A program made the translations under genes and the position numbers. DNA of 64,000 nucleotides from NCBI GenBank assembly GCA_050084515.1, contig CM114271.1, forward strand, positions 39,060,001-39,124,000, read 5' to 3'. Origin of the DNA: Blasia pusilla (Eukaryota). Under the pieces are notes generated by a model that was not told the origin of the DNA, did no database searches, and saw only the letters and a list, made by a program, of their open reading frames with translations. This document shows positions 51,601-64,000 of the stretch, piece after piece. The stretch's first letter is position 1. The number at the start of each line of letters is the position of its first letter.

Positions 51601-51840
51601 TGGCGTCTCTCCTTGGGGTGGTCGAGATTTCCACGACGGCTTGATGAGCGCGCCGAGTCCCGATTCGGCGCTGGAACATGAAACGTCGCTTTTCCAATCA
51701 GAGTCACCCTCGCGCCATACTGACCGGGGTCTTCCGATGAGCAAAGGATAGCCCGTCGCGGTCAGGGGCTGCAAGACTAAGTAGTCCAACAGAAACAACA
51801 CCCCCCCGAGCATGGTCGGAATTTGCGTGAGCTGTCCGAG
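48624..51840 (-). pseudogene. pol: pol of a second Ty3/gypsy lineage (non-chromovirus-like; no DNMT, no PHD), 5'-truncated and frameshifted
   Basis: YPLLIGRP, DGYSGYNQV, MSFGLCNAPATFQ, IFLDDF, FHVYVDTS, GGHYA...YWWPTM, WGIDFVGP, WMGPY. Purine tract on the element strand at ~48602-48619. Confidence 0.93.
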
Positions 51841-52602
51841 GGGTGACCATTGACTTGGTCAACGGGCCTCATGACAGACAAAAACCAAAATAGGAAAATC
51901 ACCATAAACGATGTTCCCGACTTAATTGACATGTTGCCAACCTCATTTGACATCTTTGGACGAAGTTACACTCAAGACAATCCATTGGCTCTCTATGCCG
52001 TTGCCACAATAGATCTCTACCTATCGACTACTAAGATGTGAAAAGTGTCACAAGCAACATGCCTTTGTGCTTTTATGTACGTTTGAATCTCTCAAGGATT
52101 GTGATTGTTGCTATGGAGGGCGCATGACATCCATCTACAGTTTTTTCTTCTCTCAAATGGAAATCATGTGTTAAGGTCGTTCGTGGGGGGCTATATTGCC
52201 GTATGGAAATAAAGACGGATAGGCATCTCAAATTTCTCCATGAAAGGGTAACGTAGTTCAACGTTGTTGTTAAATCACACATGTTCTTACTTTATATTTT
52301 TTTATTAAAAGGAACTTAAAATTTGATATAAATAAAAGAAGAGAATCCACTTTATTAAAAAAACGGTAAATAAGCACTAAGGAATGATATAACATCCCAA
52401 AGAGGAAAAGAGACAAGAAATGTTAAAAAAATTTACAAAGGGTAACAAGCCAACACAAAAACAAACTTAATGAGTTACGGGATTAATAATTTGAAATAAA
52501 ATTTGGCAAAAACACTCGTGGTTGGTCAAATGTGAATAGACAATGAGGTGAGAGGCCACCGACCTACTTTGTAATTTTCTTTTTCCACCCTAAGACCCTT
52601 CG

Positions 52603-53066
52603 ACCAAGATTAAGCTTCCCTACTTTGTGTGAGTACCAAATGTACATATTGTCATGCCACTAAGATATATTAACAAAAATAAGTAGTGATAGTGGAGAGA
52701 CAAGGATATTGAAAAGGGGTGAGTTGATGATCCTTAAGGGATTGGTGAGCATTTGTTTCAAAAAAGCATCAAGAGACATATGTAACTGCCTAAAAACCTG
52801 CAATGCAAAAGGAATAAACCCATTAGTTGTATTTCTCAATGCATAACTTAATTTATTGATTCTTATCACTATATTAGCTACAAAACCTTTTCTATGTGCA
52901 CCTCGACACACCGAGTCCAAACGTGGTGGATCAAGAACCTCCACATCATCCAATAAAAAAAGAAACCCGAGACATAACTATTGAAGATTGAGTTACAATC
53001 AAGCTCATCAGACACATGAACTACTACATTTGGTATTCACACAAAGTAGGGAAGCTTAATCTTGGT
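52603..53066. mobile_element. Short element bounded by 42 bp inverted repeats (MITE/Pack-like)
   Basis: accaagattaagcttccctactttgtgtgagtaccaaatgta (52603-52644) versus its reverse complement at 53025-53066, one mismatch. No clear TSD. Confidence 0.65.
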
Positions 53067-54253
53067 TAGTCATTTAAGCACGATTATCTTAACTAGGGTT
53101 AGTTAATCACAGTTAGTTTATTAGGATTAGGATTTGCTTGTATATACCCTATATTATTGAGAAGGGTACTAACCTCCACTCATTCTTTCATTACAAAATT
53201 TAGTTCTCCATGGTGGTGTGTGAGTGTGAGAGTCGTATCCTACCAATTATGCTTCTTTAATAATTTTCTATAATAACAAGATCAATTCTTTATTGAGAGG
53301 TTTCTTGAGTAGTAGAAGGTATGAGATGTAGATGCTCTTGCCCAACAATATATCCTATAGTGTTAACCACTTATGTTATTTCCTCTCTCATCATATCTTG
53401 AGTTGTTGTTCGCTATCCACCATGTGCACATTAGAGAATGTGGCCATCCTTTCCATCAATGGGCTCCCACCATACACAATTAGACATACCCACAAGATGT
53501 AATCATAGAGCTATTAAGAACATTCTCTATGGAAGACAAAATAAAAGGACTTTTGGTAAGCCATGTCCTTGCTCCTATATCCCCACATGAATATACAAGA
53601 GCTCAAAGAGTGTCAAAAGATGTTGGAAAAGTTGTTTTGGTGCAAATTCTCGGAGATAAGATCTTGAAGTTGATCAAACCCCTCTATAAGCAATTGATTG
53701 AAAGGAGGTGGAATTTTGTATGTAACAAGAGGAAGAAGAGTTTGAGGAGATCTTAGCTATTTTTGGAATAAAAGATTCCCTTCATTCACATGGCGAACAT
53801 CGTCCATCAAGATAATTACATCTTCTTGGCATGGAGAAACTGGAAGTCATAATCAAGGCAACCAAATCCCAACTCTCCAAAAACTATTGGTGTAGATGAA
53901 ATTGTTGAGGAAAGCCCCATACCTAGTAAAAAGAAATAGGCAAGATAACTTGTTGTGAAGTCAAGATACCATCATCTCCAATTCGGAGTGACCACCCCTA
54001 ATGGTCATTTTGAATTGGAGATATTGAGGAAATTAGTGGATGCTAAAATGGGGATGAAATTGCAAGCACGTGGATCGACTAACTAAGTGGTATAAACCTC
54101 TCCAATAGTCAAAGGGAAAATACTTGAAGGAGTCGTATCCAGATCTGATAAATAACAAGTGTCACAACCCTCACGACCCTCACAACCAACATGCGCCAAC
54201 AAGGAATATTAGAACTCTAGTGGACTTGCACCAGGATGAAAACACATAAATTT

Positions 54254-55519
54254 TGTCATACGCATACTCATCAATACATAACATATATTTTTTTCACAAA
54301 ACACTAAGATATCGTACTCACTCATGGCATCTTAATACATAGAGGATCATTGTCACGTCTTTTAGGATAGATCGGTGGGATCTAATAGAGCGCCTTCATG
54401 AGTAGTGGAGGACACGCCGGTAGGTTGAGGGTGACCTGCTGAGGCCCTTGGAAACCTGAGATAGCAGGTTTCCCCTTCGTTTCGGCTCATTTGGAGCCAT
54501 ATTGAGGAACTTACTATTTTAGGTAAGTACCATTTTGAATATATGATCGACTTACTATTTTTGGTAAGTGGCTCTTGACCTCCTACATCAGGTCAATAGC
54601 CAAGGAGGTGACTTGGGAGAATAGGTTACCATGGAAAGAGCTTGGGAGAGGGGAGGGGTATACCTCAAGGAGAGAGAGCTTGAGAGCTCATTCTCTCTTT
54701 GTTGAACCTCTTGGCATGAGGCAATGAGCTATGGTACCTTGCCTTGTGAGTGTAACCCAAGCCTCTTATTAGGAGAGTGGGTTTGGTTTGACATGAGAGA
54801 GAGTGCACACCTTTGAGAGCTATGGTGTGAGATGGTGGAGAGAGAGATTGGATCTTACTTTAATTGGAGATATTTTGGTACTTCTTGTCTCGTTGTTTGG
54901 ATGCCATGAGTTAGCATGGGATCATGCGTGTTTGTGTGTGTGTTCGGTGACAGCGATGTATGTTGTGTAGCGATGTATATGCGCACGACATCATGCATCA
55001 AAATATCTCCAGTTTAAATGAAGTGATATGAAATATCTCACACATTTTCCATCTTTCTCTCATATCAAACCAAACCCACTCTCCTAGTAAGAGGCTTGGG
55101 TTACTCACAAGACAATAAGGACCATAGCTCTACCGCAAAATGAAAGGAGATTCAACAAAGAGAGAATGAGATCCTAAGCTTTCTCTCCTTGGATACACCC
55201 ATTCCCTCTCCCAAGCTCTTTTCCCAATAACGTGTGCATGCAAGTTACCTCCTTGGCTCTTGACTTGTAGTAGGGGGTCAAGGCCTAGCGTCACTTCTCA
55301 AAATGGAAACTAAACAATACTTTTATTAGGAACTTACTAAAAAATAGTAAGTTCCTTAATTTGGCTCCAAATGAGTCCAAAATAGGGAAAAACCTTCTTT
55401 CTTAGGTTACCCTAATCCTTGACTCCTCAACAAGTTATCTTTAATCTCTTCAGATTGTCCTCTCACCTCCTCCATTTTACCCTACTAATACTTATCAACC
55501 CGTCATAAAAGATGTGATA
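54254..55519 (-). mobile_element. Old diverged solo A+B repeat of the DNMT retroelement group, interrupted by a younger solo
   Basis: 54254-54350 and 54991-55519 align in order to 13983-14626 (aaaccaaacccactctcct, gaggcttgggtta, tggctccaaatgag). Confidence 0.8.
54351..54990 (+). mobile_element. Young solo A+B repeat (640 bp) with TSD
   Basis: tcat|TGTCACGTC...CACGACA|tcat; closely similar to 5632-6272. Confidence 0.93.
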
Positions 55520-57118
55520 AGGTCTCAATCATGAGCGAGACATGAGTCGTAGAATTGAGATTTAAGCCTTGATGAACATATCAGAGGATGATGATCTTGA
55601 ACTAGAAGAGCTTGAGTAAATATAAGGTGGACCTTGAGAAAATCTCAAGTCCCATAAGAGTTGGACTCCAAGGATACTACAACATTACTTAGCTTGGAAC
55701 TTGAGTGAGTGTTTGGGGGTTCTCTATGTTTGATCGACGTCATCACAACTAGATTCAAAATGAAAAGACTAGGGTGTTGTGGGAAAGCTTGTTTAAATAA
55801 TTTTGACACATTAAATATGTGAACAAATGCATGAGCAAAATTATGGAAATTGACCTAAAACTATTAGAATGATAGTTTCTTTGGGGCCAAAAGATATTAT
55901 CCGAGAGGAATTCCTTGGTTAAAGGGAGGGGATGGATTTCACTATGACTATATATAAGAGGAAGGATCTCATAGGATGCTTGGAACAAGAATCCTACTTT
56001 CAGAACCTCTAGTTTGCACATGGACAAATTTTGTGTCCTCATACTTATCCATATTCACAAACTTATGTCTATCTTAGGGATAGGCATGTCTATGCAAAAA
56101 AAAATAAATTGTGTATCCCACATCCAATCCTGCCTACTTTTCATACCTCTGCCAACGTGTCCTTGAGCCTTGACTTGTGGCTTGTTTGAGGGCTCATGCG
56201 CACCCCGCGCAATCAATGCTTGCACTATGCCATTCGTCCCTACATCCTACTATAGGTGGGATGTGACCATTTTCTGATTGGGATGCCTAGGATTGTGTTT
56301 TGCAACCCACCCTACGTACTGCCCCTACCTATCCTTGCATGCCCGTACTTGTCATGAGTCCTCAAGCTTGTCCCCCATGGTCGCCCCAAAATGGACATGG
56401 ATTACAAGAGATCGGCCCACATATTTTACTCATGGTGAGAAGGAGGGTGAGGGCTGCTGGGGTAGCAAGAGGGAGGGAGTGGAGGTAGGGATAGGAAGTA
56501 ACTAGCAAGAGCAGAATACAGAGGCAAGTGGAGGGGACGAGAAAGGGAAAGAGATGGGGCCCATATGGATAAATTCTTCCATAAGATAGACATAAGTCTA
56601 AGTATATGAACATGTCCACAAACACAAAAATTTTCTACATACAACCTTTTTGTTCTCATGCTCTTTTACCTCACGACCCGTGCCCCGTGCCCCAACCTTG
56701 TACATTTCTCCACGTCTTGCCTTTGCATGGCAATCTCGATTCCCAAAGAACCGGAGCGCAAGGCGAGATGGAATTTTCACGAACCAAACTTGTTTTTTTT
56801 CTTGTAATCTTGGAACCCAGGATAAACCATCTTGAGGGACGTCAACGCGTTGGAGCACTCTCATGCAAATGGGCACAAGGATGGATTGAGAGTTAATTTT
56901 GGGTTTTTAACATTAAGCCACAAACACATGTAGTCCAATTATGAATGCCAGAAATTGACTTGGACTCTTGGCTCAGATATTGAGTTCTGGTTAGAGACTT
57001 GTTCAAGGTCCATTGGACAGTTAGGGTTGTCAAGCAGGCTTGTGCCATCTTAAGTCCTTAGACTTTTAAAGAATGAATGACTTACATGTATTAGGGAGGG
57101 AGGGTTAGGCCAATACAT

Positions 57119-57333
<215 letters not shown>

Positions 57334-57348
57334 TGACCTATGATCGTA

Positions 57349-57610
57349 GGTCACCTCCTTAGCTCTTGACCTACTGTAGCGGGTCAAAGGTCACTTCCCA
57401 AAGTGGAAAGTAAACTATAGCATAATTTGTAACTTACTCGAAATAGTAAGTTCCTCAATATGGCTCCAAATGAGCCGAAACGAAGGGGAAACCTGCTCTC
57501 TCAGATTACATGTGCCTTCAACATGCTATCCTCGACCGCTCGAGGCTATCCTCCAGTATCTTCAAAGTCGCTTTACTAGATCTTGTCAATCTATCCTAGT
57601 AGATGTGACA
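57349..57610 (-). repeat. Partial diverged A repeat (outer ~260 bp)
   Basis: tggctccaaatgagccgaaacgaaggggaaacc...gatgtgaca matches the start of A on the minus strand. Confidence 0.8.
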
Positions 57611-60305
57611 TGTGCGATATTTCCTACTATTAGCACATGGGTCTTCACCTCCAACCAACGCTAGCCCCTAATACATGTCGAGAAAACATGATAATGAGAA
57701 GTTAGTGTTGTCAATCCTGGTCAGCGGTTGATGCTATCAGTGATTGGTGATGGTTGTTGTAGTTACGAATGTAGGATTTATCGATCGATACATAAAGGGA
57801 CAAGCATACTTAGTTGTTTCATTTTTCAATCAATCGCTATAGAGTGTAATGGGAAGGCGCAGTCTTTTGAGGACTCCATATATAGTTGGACCAGTTGAGA
57901 TACTTTGTTGCTCTATTAGAAAATGCCAGATCAATCGTTCATGATACCTGATTTGAACCAACGTTACGGAATCGATATTGATCCCAAGAATCATGAGAGA
58001 TCCATTTAATGCGAGAAAACTCTACTTATAGTTTGTGAGTGCTCCCCACCACCTCTGTCGACGTCATTTTCTTTCCATTTCTATTATCAATAAAGAAAGG
58101 TACTACTCTTGTCACGTCCTTTAGGATAGATCGGTGAGATCTAGTAGAGCGTCTTCAAGAGTAGTGGAGGATAGGCCTAGGAGGTCGAGGATGACCTACT
58201 GAGGCCCCGCGAAACCTGAGAGAGCAGGTTTTCCCTTCGTTTTGGCTCATTTGGAGCCATTTTGAAGAACTTACTATTTTAGGTAAGTACCATTTTGAGT
58301 ATAAGATCAACTTTCTATTTTTGTTAAGTGGCCCTTGACCTCCTACATCAGGTCAAGAGCCAAAGAGGTGACTTGGGAGAATAGATTACCATGGAGAGAG
58401 CTTGGGAGAGGGGAGGGGTATATATCCCAAGGAGAGAGAGCTTGAGAGCTCATTCTCTCTTTGTTGAACCTCTTGGCATGAGGCGGCGGAGCTATGGTCC
58501 CTTGCCTTGTGAGTGTAACCCAAGCCTCTCATTAGGAGAGTGGGTTTGGTTTGACATGAGAGAGAGTGCACACCTTTGAGAGCTATGGTGTGAGATTGTG
58601 TAGAGAGAGATTAGATCTTACTTTACAAAGAGAGAATGAGAGAATGAGAGAAAGAGAGAATGCAAGAATGAGAGAGTGAGAGAGCTTCATGCTCGCTGGT
58701 CACTCGATGTTTTTGCAAGTTGGGGACAGTGTTCCCCGTTCAACGGCTCATGGGAGTGCTCATCGGAGCAAGGGTTGCTTGGATTGTTCTTTGCAATTGC
58801 TGATTTTTCGTGTGGAAGAGTGGCGCACGGAAGCGCTGCCCAATTTCTGATAGGGATTGAGTATGGGGGCGGTTTGCCCCATGCCGATGCTTTTGGGAGC
58901 ACCATGTTGCTTTTTGATTTGCATTTTTACAGGTTTTACATTTTTGTTGGGAGGAATCATCGCGGAAGCGCTGCCGAATGTTGGGTAGAAGAAAGAGACA
59001 TTAGACTTTACAACAGTCCCCGTCAATTTTTACTGGAATGTTCAATTCCAAATATTTTTTAATGCTAGCATAGATCGTGAAGTTGTGCACGCTATGCAAC
59101 AAATAGTGCGCAATTTGGAGTTGCGAGCAAAAAGAAATGGTCAATCTTGCAAAACTGCCATTGCTAGGCGATTTTTAGGGTTAAATTGTACAAACCCTAA
59201 ACCACCCACCACACTGGCGGCGGCCGTCGCCATCACAGTCACCGTCAACCATCAAAGTTCAACTTTCACTATCACCGTTCGTCCATCACCATCAATGATC
59301 AACCGTCACCGTCAATGGTCCACCGTCCGTTGTCCACCCTTGGTTGCCATTGCCGCCGTTACGGAGTGGAGGGTCTTCCACAACGTTCGTTGATTCTCGA
59401 ACTTGCGTCGCCATCACGTACTTTATTTTGGCTGCCACCGACATCAACCTTGATGGCATATGACCTCCTGTTATAGTGTTTGAGTTTTGATTTCTTGCTG
59501 CTATGTTGTGATTGGTAGCCACTCAACGATGATCGGGTACCGTGCGGTGACGCGCGTAGTCGCAATGCGCCGCCGATTGCCGCGCCGTGCCACTCGTGGC
59601 CGCACCGCACCATCTTGATCACGGAGCCGCTGCGGCATTGTGGAGCAGGGTGTGGGTTTATTATTGATTGAGGAGGGTATGCCGTCGTGTGCCGCATCCC
59701 ATCATCGAGGGCCGTGCCGTTCGTAGCCGTTCCGTGCCGCCTGCAACGCCGCACCGTTCCGCTGGAACTGCACCGTCTATCGAGGAGTTTTGAGCAACGT
59801 CAGTACGGGAGGAGTATGACTTGCTGATTGGAGGAGTTGTCTCCACGACTGAGTTGGGGTCGAGATTCGCAGTTGTTGAGGAGCGACATCGACATGTGTT
59901 CACATTATCCATTCTGGTCCTTTATCCTGCACGTGTGAGGGATTCTGGGATTTGGGTAGTTTATTTGGGGATATTGGGTGTGTGGATGCTGAGAGCATCA
60001 TTTATGTATGTGATTTAGGGGACATACACATATGTGGGATGTCTGGAGTTGAGGGTAGGTTGTCGATGAGATGAGAGCCTGGTCAATTTGCCGCACCACG
60101 CCGCTTATTGCCGCATGTTACATGTCTCGGGGAGGGAGAGTGTAGATCGAGTGCTGCATGTTTGGGATGAGTGATTGAGGGATAACTCGCGAGGCAAGAG
60201 TGATCGGGTGAGAAAGGCACGAGGGTCATCACGACATCCATTCGGGACTTTGAGAGGCGAGGTGGTGAACCCGAGAGTAGCTCTAGAGGTTTTACGCGGA
60301 GTGGC

Positions 60306-63157
60306 GTGAGGTTCCGAGGATCTTCACTTCAGGGACCACCTCAACCTCCTTCTGTGTCATCGTCAGACAAGGGGGAGGGTGTAGAGGAATTTGTGTGCAC
60401 ATCGCCATACATTGTGAGTGGTCCTACCAGTTGGGCGTACAAGATGGACGAGTGGGATAGAGGACCGCGTAGGTTTTCAGGTGCAGTAGGTACGATTGAG
60501 TTGCACGATTTCATAGCAGAGTTTAGGAGTTGGTGCGACTCCTAGCGGGCCAGGAACTCTAGAGAGTTTAACCCGTTTACAACATGGAATGGTATGTTCC
60601 AGCATTTAGAGGGGGCACCCATGGACGATTACCATGAGTTTTCCCATAGATATGCCCATGAGATTGAGGCATGGCAACTCTACTACGACCCACACTATGT
60701 GTCATGGACGGAGCCGTTCCCAGATGTGGAGGAGGAGTCAGGAGAGGCTACTTCCTCTTCCACTAGTGATGTTTTAGGAAGGGTCAATCGTACTGGAGCA
60801 GTTGCACCGTCTAGTCGGGTTTGTCCCAGGTTCAACCCCGTGGTTGAGTTCTTTGCTGAGTTGAGGGCGAGCTACCAAGGGGTACGGACGGAAAAGTTGC
60901 GGAGCATCCACAACTTCCAGAGGCGCCCGGGTGAGAGTTTACTTGAGGCTTACACTCGCTAGCGCCGATTGATCAACATCACTCAGGGATGACAGAGGCT
61001 CAGGCTATCCAGTCATGGTACGCGATCTTCGACGCACCGTGCGACCCGCAGTGCGGGGAGGGTGCTTCTTATGAACACCTCCCCTACGTTGAGAGATGTT
61101 TTTAGGACCGCCGAGAATATTGAGCGCAACATGGCGGAGGAGAGCGTAGCCACCATGGATTCTGGGCGAGAGCAGTCGCGATTGGCTGCACCACTTGTGC
61201 AGCAACCTGGACTCCAAGATAGGTCAACTGTGGCACCACGAGCTCAGGGAGGATACCGGGAGCCCATGGCACAGAGACCTACGCCTTCATATGCGGCTCA
61301 ACACGAGCCGCCTACTATTACTTGTTGGTCATGTGGTGGAGCCCATCATCAACGCCATTGCATTCGTCAGGGTCATGGACGTATGCCTCAACATGGAGAA
61401 GGAGATGGTGTTGCACCAGGAGGTTATGAGTGTGACTATTGTCAGAGGTATGGTCATACACACACCAGGTGTTTCAGTTTACATCCTGAGTTACGTTCGG
61501 ATCGAGGGCTAGAGAGGGCACTAGAGCGAGTAGCCAGTCCGGGTGGGCCTAGAGATCGTGCACCAGGTGGTCTCGTTGGGGGACGAGGAGCTGGAGTTGC
61601 CCGAAAGGGTGGTGGAGCTGCCCGTGGAGGAGGTAGAGTACCACCACCTAGACGCGCCGAAGGAGACATCGGACGTAAGGCTGGGATGGCTCCTCAGATA
61701 CAGCAGCTACAGGAGCAGATTGCCGCTATGGCATTGAGGTTACCCGGTGCCGAATCCGTGGCATCGACATCATATGGAGCAGCTAGAGATCTGGAGGATC
61801 CTGGTTGGACGTGCGGGGTTGCCCAGACGGAGGCCGCCGTAGTTGTGATGCGTGGAGCAGCCGCAGAGTTGGATCCACAGCAAGGGGAAGCCAGAAAACA
61901 AACTAGGCTTCCTCAGTCTTTCACGTTGTCCGAAGCGATGAGGACCCCATCGATGGGTCCTCATCAAAGTTCCTGGAGAGTTGGTGATGTTGTTGGTGTG
62001 CAGGCACGGAGGGCGATGGGAGAAGCGAGTGCGATGACTCCTATTGTTGATGCTCAGGAGGGACATGTGTCGAGCACATTGTTGGGGGCGGCCACCGTTG
62101 TGTACCGCACTCCTTTATTTTCTTCTTCCGATGTTATGACATTGGGGGTACGCCCGCCGAGGCTTTTCGGCTGGCCGCGTCGCTATGTGAGCGCAGAGTC
62201 GGAGTTCCTGCATCACGTTCAGAGGTGATTGCAGAGGAGGTGATGGACCTGCCCTTGGAGCGGATGCTCGGATCGTCCACGTCAGATTCATGGCAGGCTA
62301 CGGCTGCTAGAATGGCGGAGATGCCTGCTAGACCCGCGATAGAGCGTGCCATGGCTTCTCCTGGTATTGTGTTGCTGGATATCTGAGGAGAGGTCTTGGT
62401 GAGTCTTGGAGGTAGAGCTTTTAGTCGGCAGCGTGTCTTGTTGGATTCAGGACCGCAACCCCTGATGTTGGGGAAAGCATCATTCAGAGGATTGGGCTTG
62501 ACGAGAGCCGATGTGGAGCGTTTTCCATTCCGGATACAGACATCCTTGGGTGGAGCGAGTACCACACAGTATATCACCCGACATGAGGTCGTGGTGAGGA
62601 TTCGCTCGGGACATCCTACTGATGAGTCTGTGGTGCGCGCCAAGGCGATAGTGATTGATGTAGAGTCCTACGACGTCTTGGTTGGTGGAGCAGTGTTATA
62701 CCCAATGGGGTTTTCCCTAGATTACTGGGAGAAGTCAACGTCCTACAGACCAGGATGGCAGTCAGGTGATGGGCGCCTTAGCTCATTACCCGTTCGATTC
62801 ACAAGTGCAGTGATCGAGCAACGGCCAGGAGAGATGGCCACCTTAGCAGCATTTAGCAGTGCCATCACTTGGCCTAGTGATTTGATTGAGGGACATGTCC
62901 ATGCAGAGGATACTCCCGTTCCTGACATTTCTATGGAAAGGAGTGTTATGGTAGGTGCATCATTCTATGGAGGAGAGGTGCTGATGTGGGGCTCGATTGA
63001 GGAGCTTCGACGATTGGCAGATGAGCACGTGCAGACCGCGTGGAGCGAGGCGTTTGCACCAAAACGTGACGGGTCTGAGGAACCGGAGGTAGCAGGGAGT
63101 GCAACGATGACACCCTTGGATACCACACCCATTGTGTGGTGTACCCCGGAGGAGGGT
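60306..63157 (+). pseudogene. gag: gag (two CCHC knuckles) and aspartic protease of copy 4, a few premature stops
   Basis: CWSCGGAHHQRHC, CDYCQRYGHTHTRC, RVLLDSGPQPLM, YDVLVGG. Confidence 0.9.
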
Positions 63158-63466
63158 ATTCAAGTGTTAGATCTCTTTGGAGGGATTAGCATCGGGTTAG
63201 CCGTTGTTTTGCACGTAGGAGTGCGAGTACAACAGTACCTGTATGTGGAGAGTGATGATGTTGCAAGGCGCGTCTCACTACGACATGTGGCGCAGTTACG
63301 CCTACGTTTTCCCGACTTTTTGTCTGCGTCCGCAGTATAGGGGTACCACAGTTCCCTACCGAGGGATATTTCGTTGTTGGGGGCGCAGGACTTAGAGCGG
63401 GTAGGGACCATTGATTTGGTCATTTCCGGTTGGCCATGTCAGGGCCGATTGAGTGATGGACGAGGA
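63158..63466 (+). pseudogene. N-terminal half of the DNMT3-like methyltransferase (motifs I-IV)
   Basis: IQVLDLFGGISIGL, YLYVESD, one TAG at 63338-63340, then DISLLGAQDLERVGTIDLVISGWPCQG with the catalytic Pro-Cys at 63434-63439. Confidence 0.92.
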
Positions 63467-63596
63467 TTTTGGTACTTTCTTTCCCTGAAAGTACCAAAAT
63501 AAACAATGTAAGAAGTACTAACAACACCTCCTCAAGAAATCAGATGATCAAAGTCACTTGATAGCCTTGGCCTAGGAAGTATAAATGAGTAGTGTC

Positions 63597-63995
63597 TCAG
63601 TCATCAGAGGACTCTTCAGATATCATATCTGAATATGAATTGATGGTCATGTCTTCTATAAGAGCAGATTGAGATGTTTTTGAAGCCACAACACTTTCTG
63701 CAATTGTAAGAGTAGTAGCACCCTCTAAAGATACTTCCACATTTTCTATATCTATACTTGAGTGAGGTCTAAATCCACATAAATCAAGTTGATCATAAGA
63801 ATCTTGGTCAAGACCACCACAAACCACTCTTCTACCTCGAGCTTGCTTTTCGAGCACTATTTTCCATCCTGGTTTTTCTTCCACATCTGCAAAGAAGACT
63901 TGCTCTACTTGACTAGGAAATACAAATGGCTCTTGTCCAAGAGGTAAGCACCTACAAAAATTTGCCAATAAAAACCCATGCTCATCAAGTACCAT
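63597..63995 (-). pseudogene. C-terminal end of a CACTA transposase (DUF4216-like), continuing beyond the window
   Basis: DEHGFLLANF...EPFVFPSQVEQVFFAD...WKIV is the typical En/Spm TnpD C-terminus. Confidence 0.82.
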
Positions 63996-64000
63996 GCTTG

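Larger units (their letters stand above)
42371..52043 (-). mobile_element. Copy 3: older, diverged, internally deleted relative of the DNMT retroelement. B2 42371-42509, A2 42510-42993, B1 42996-43134, partial A1 51841-52043; contains nested inserts
   Basis: The B unit is duplicated around A. 51841-52043 matches 42791-42993. (a)agt flanks both ends. Gag zinc knuckles, LLDSGAQP and a DLFGGI remnant at ~43280 are joined almost directly to the 3' end. Confidence 0.82.
58110..63466 (+). mobile_element. Gypsy-type DNMT3/PHD retroelement, copy 4 (5' half only): A1 58110-58625, long leader, gag-protease-DNMT N-half
   Basis: Starts TGTCACGTC. A1 is followed by a GA-rich leader, not by B or a TGG PBS. 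62016 onward is colinear with window positions 1-1370. Homology ends at 63466. Confidence 0.93.

Overview
Repeat-rich eukaryotic DNA, most likely from a plant (probably non-seed; inference only). It has one clear host gene, a class 3 lipase at 8754-10244 (-), among nested transposons. The main signal is a family of Ty3/gypsy-type retroelements: four copies or halves plus solo repeats. The polyprotein order is Gag (2 zinc knuckles) - aspartic protease - DNMT3-like cytosine-5 methyltransferase - RT - RNase H - DDE integrase - PHD finger. Instead of two identical LTRs, the ends are split direct repeats (A1...B1-A2-B2), with no visible PBS and a 3-4 bp target duplication. The copies at 13983-18969 (-) and 58110-63466 (+) are complementary halves of one element, which implies a ~44.5 kb inversion with a foldback hairpin at one breakpoint. 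Also present: degenerate CACTA (En/Spm) genes, a 12.2 kb hAT element carrying a divergent kinase pseudogene and a ~180 bp satellite, a second gypsy lineage pol, a conventional solo LTR with a 5 bp TSD, and several tandem repeats and microsatellites. All calls are by eye, with no database searches.
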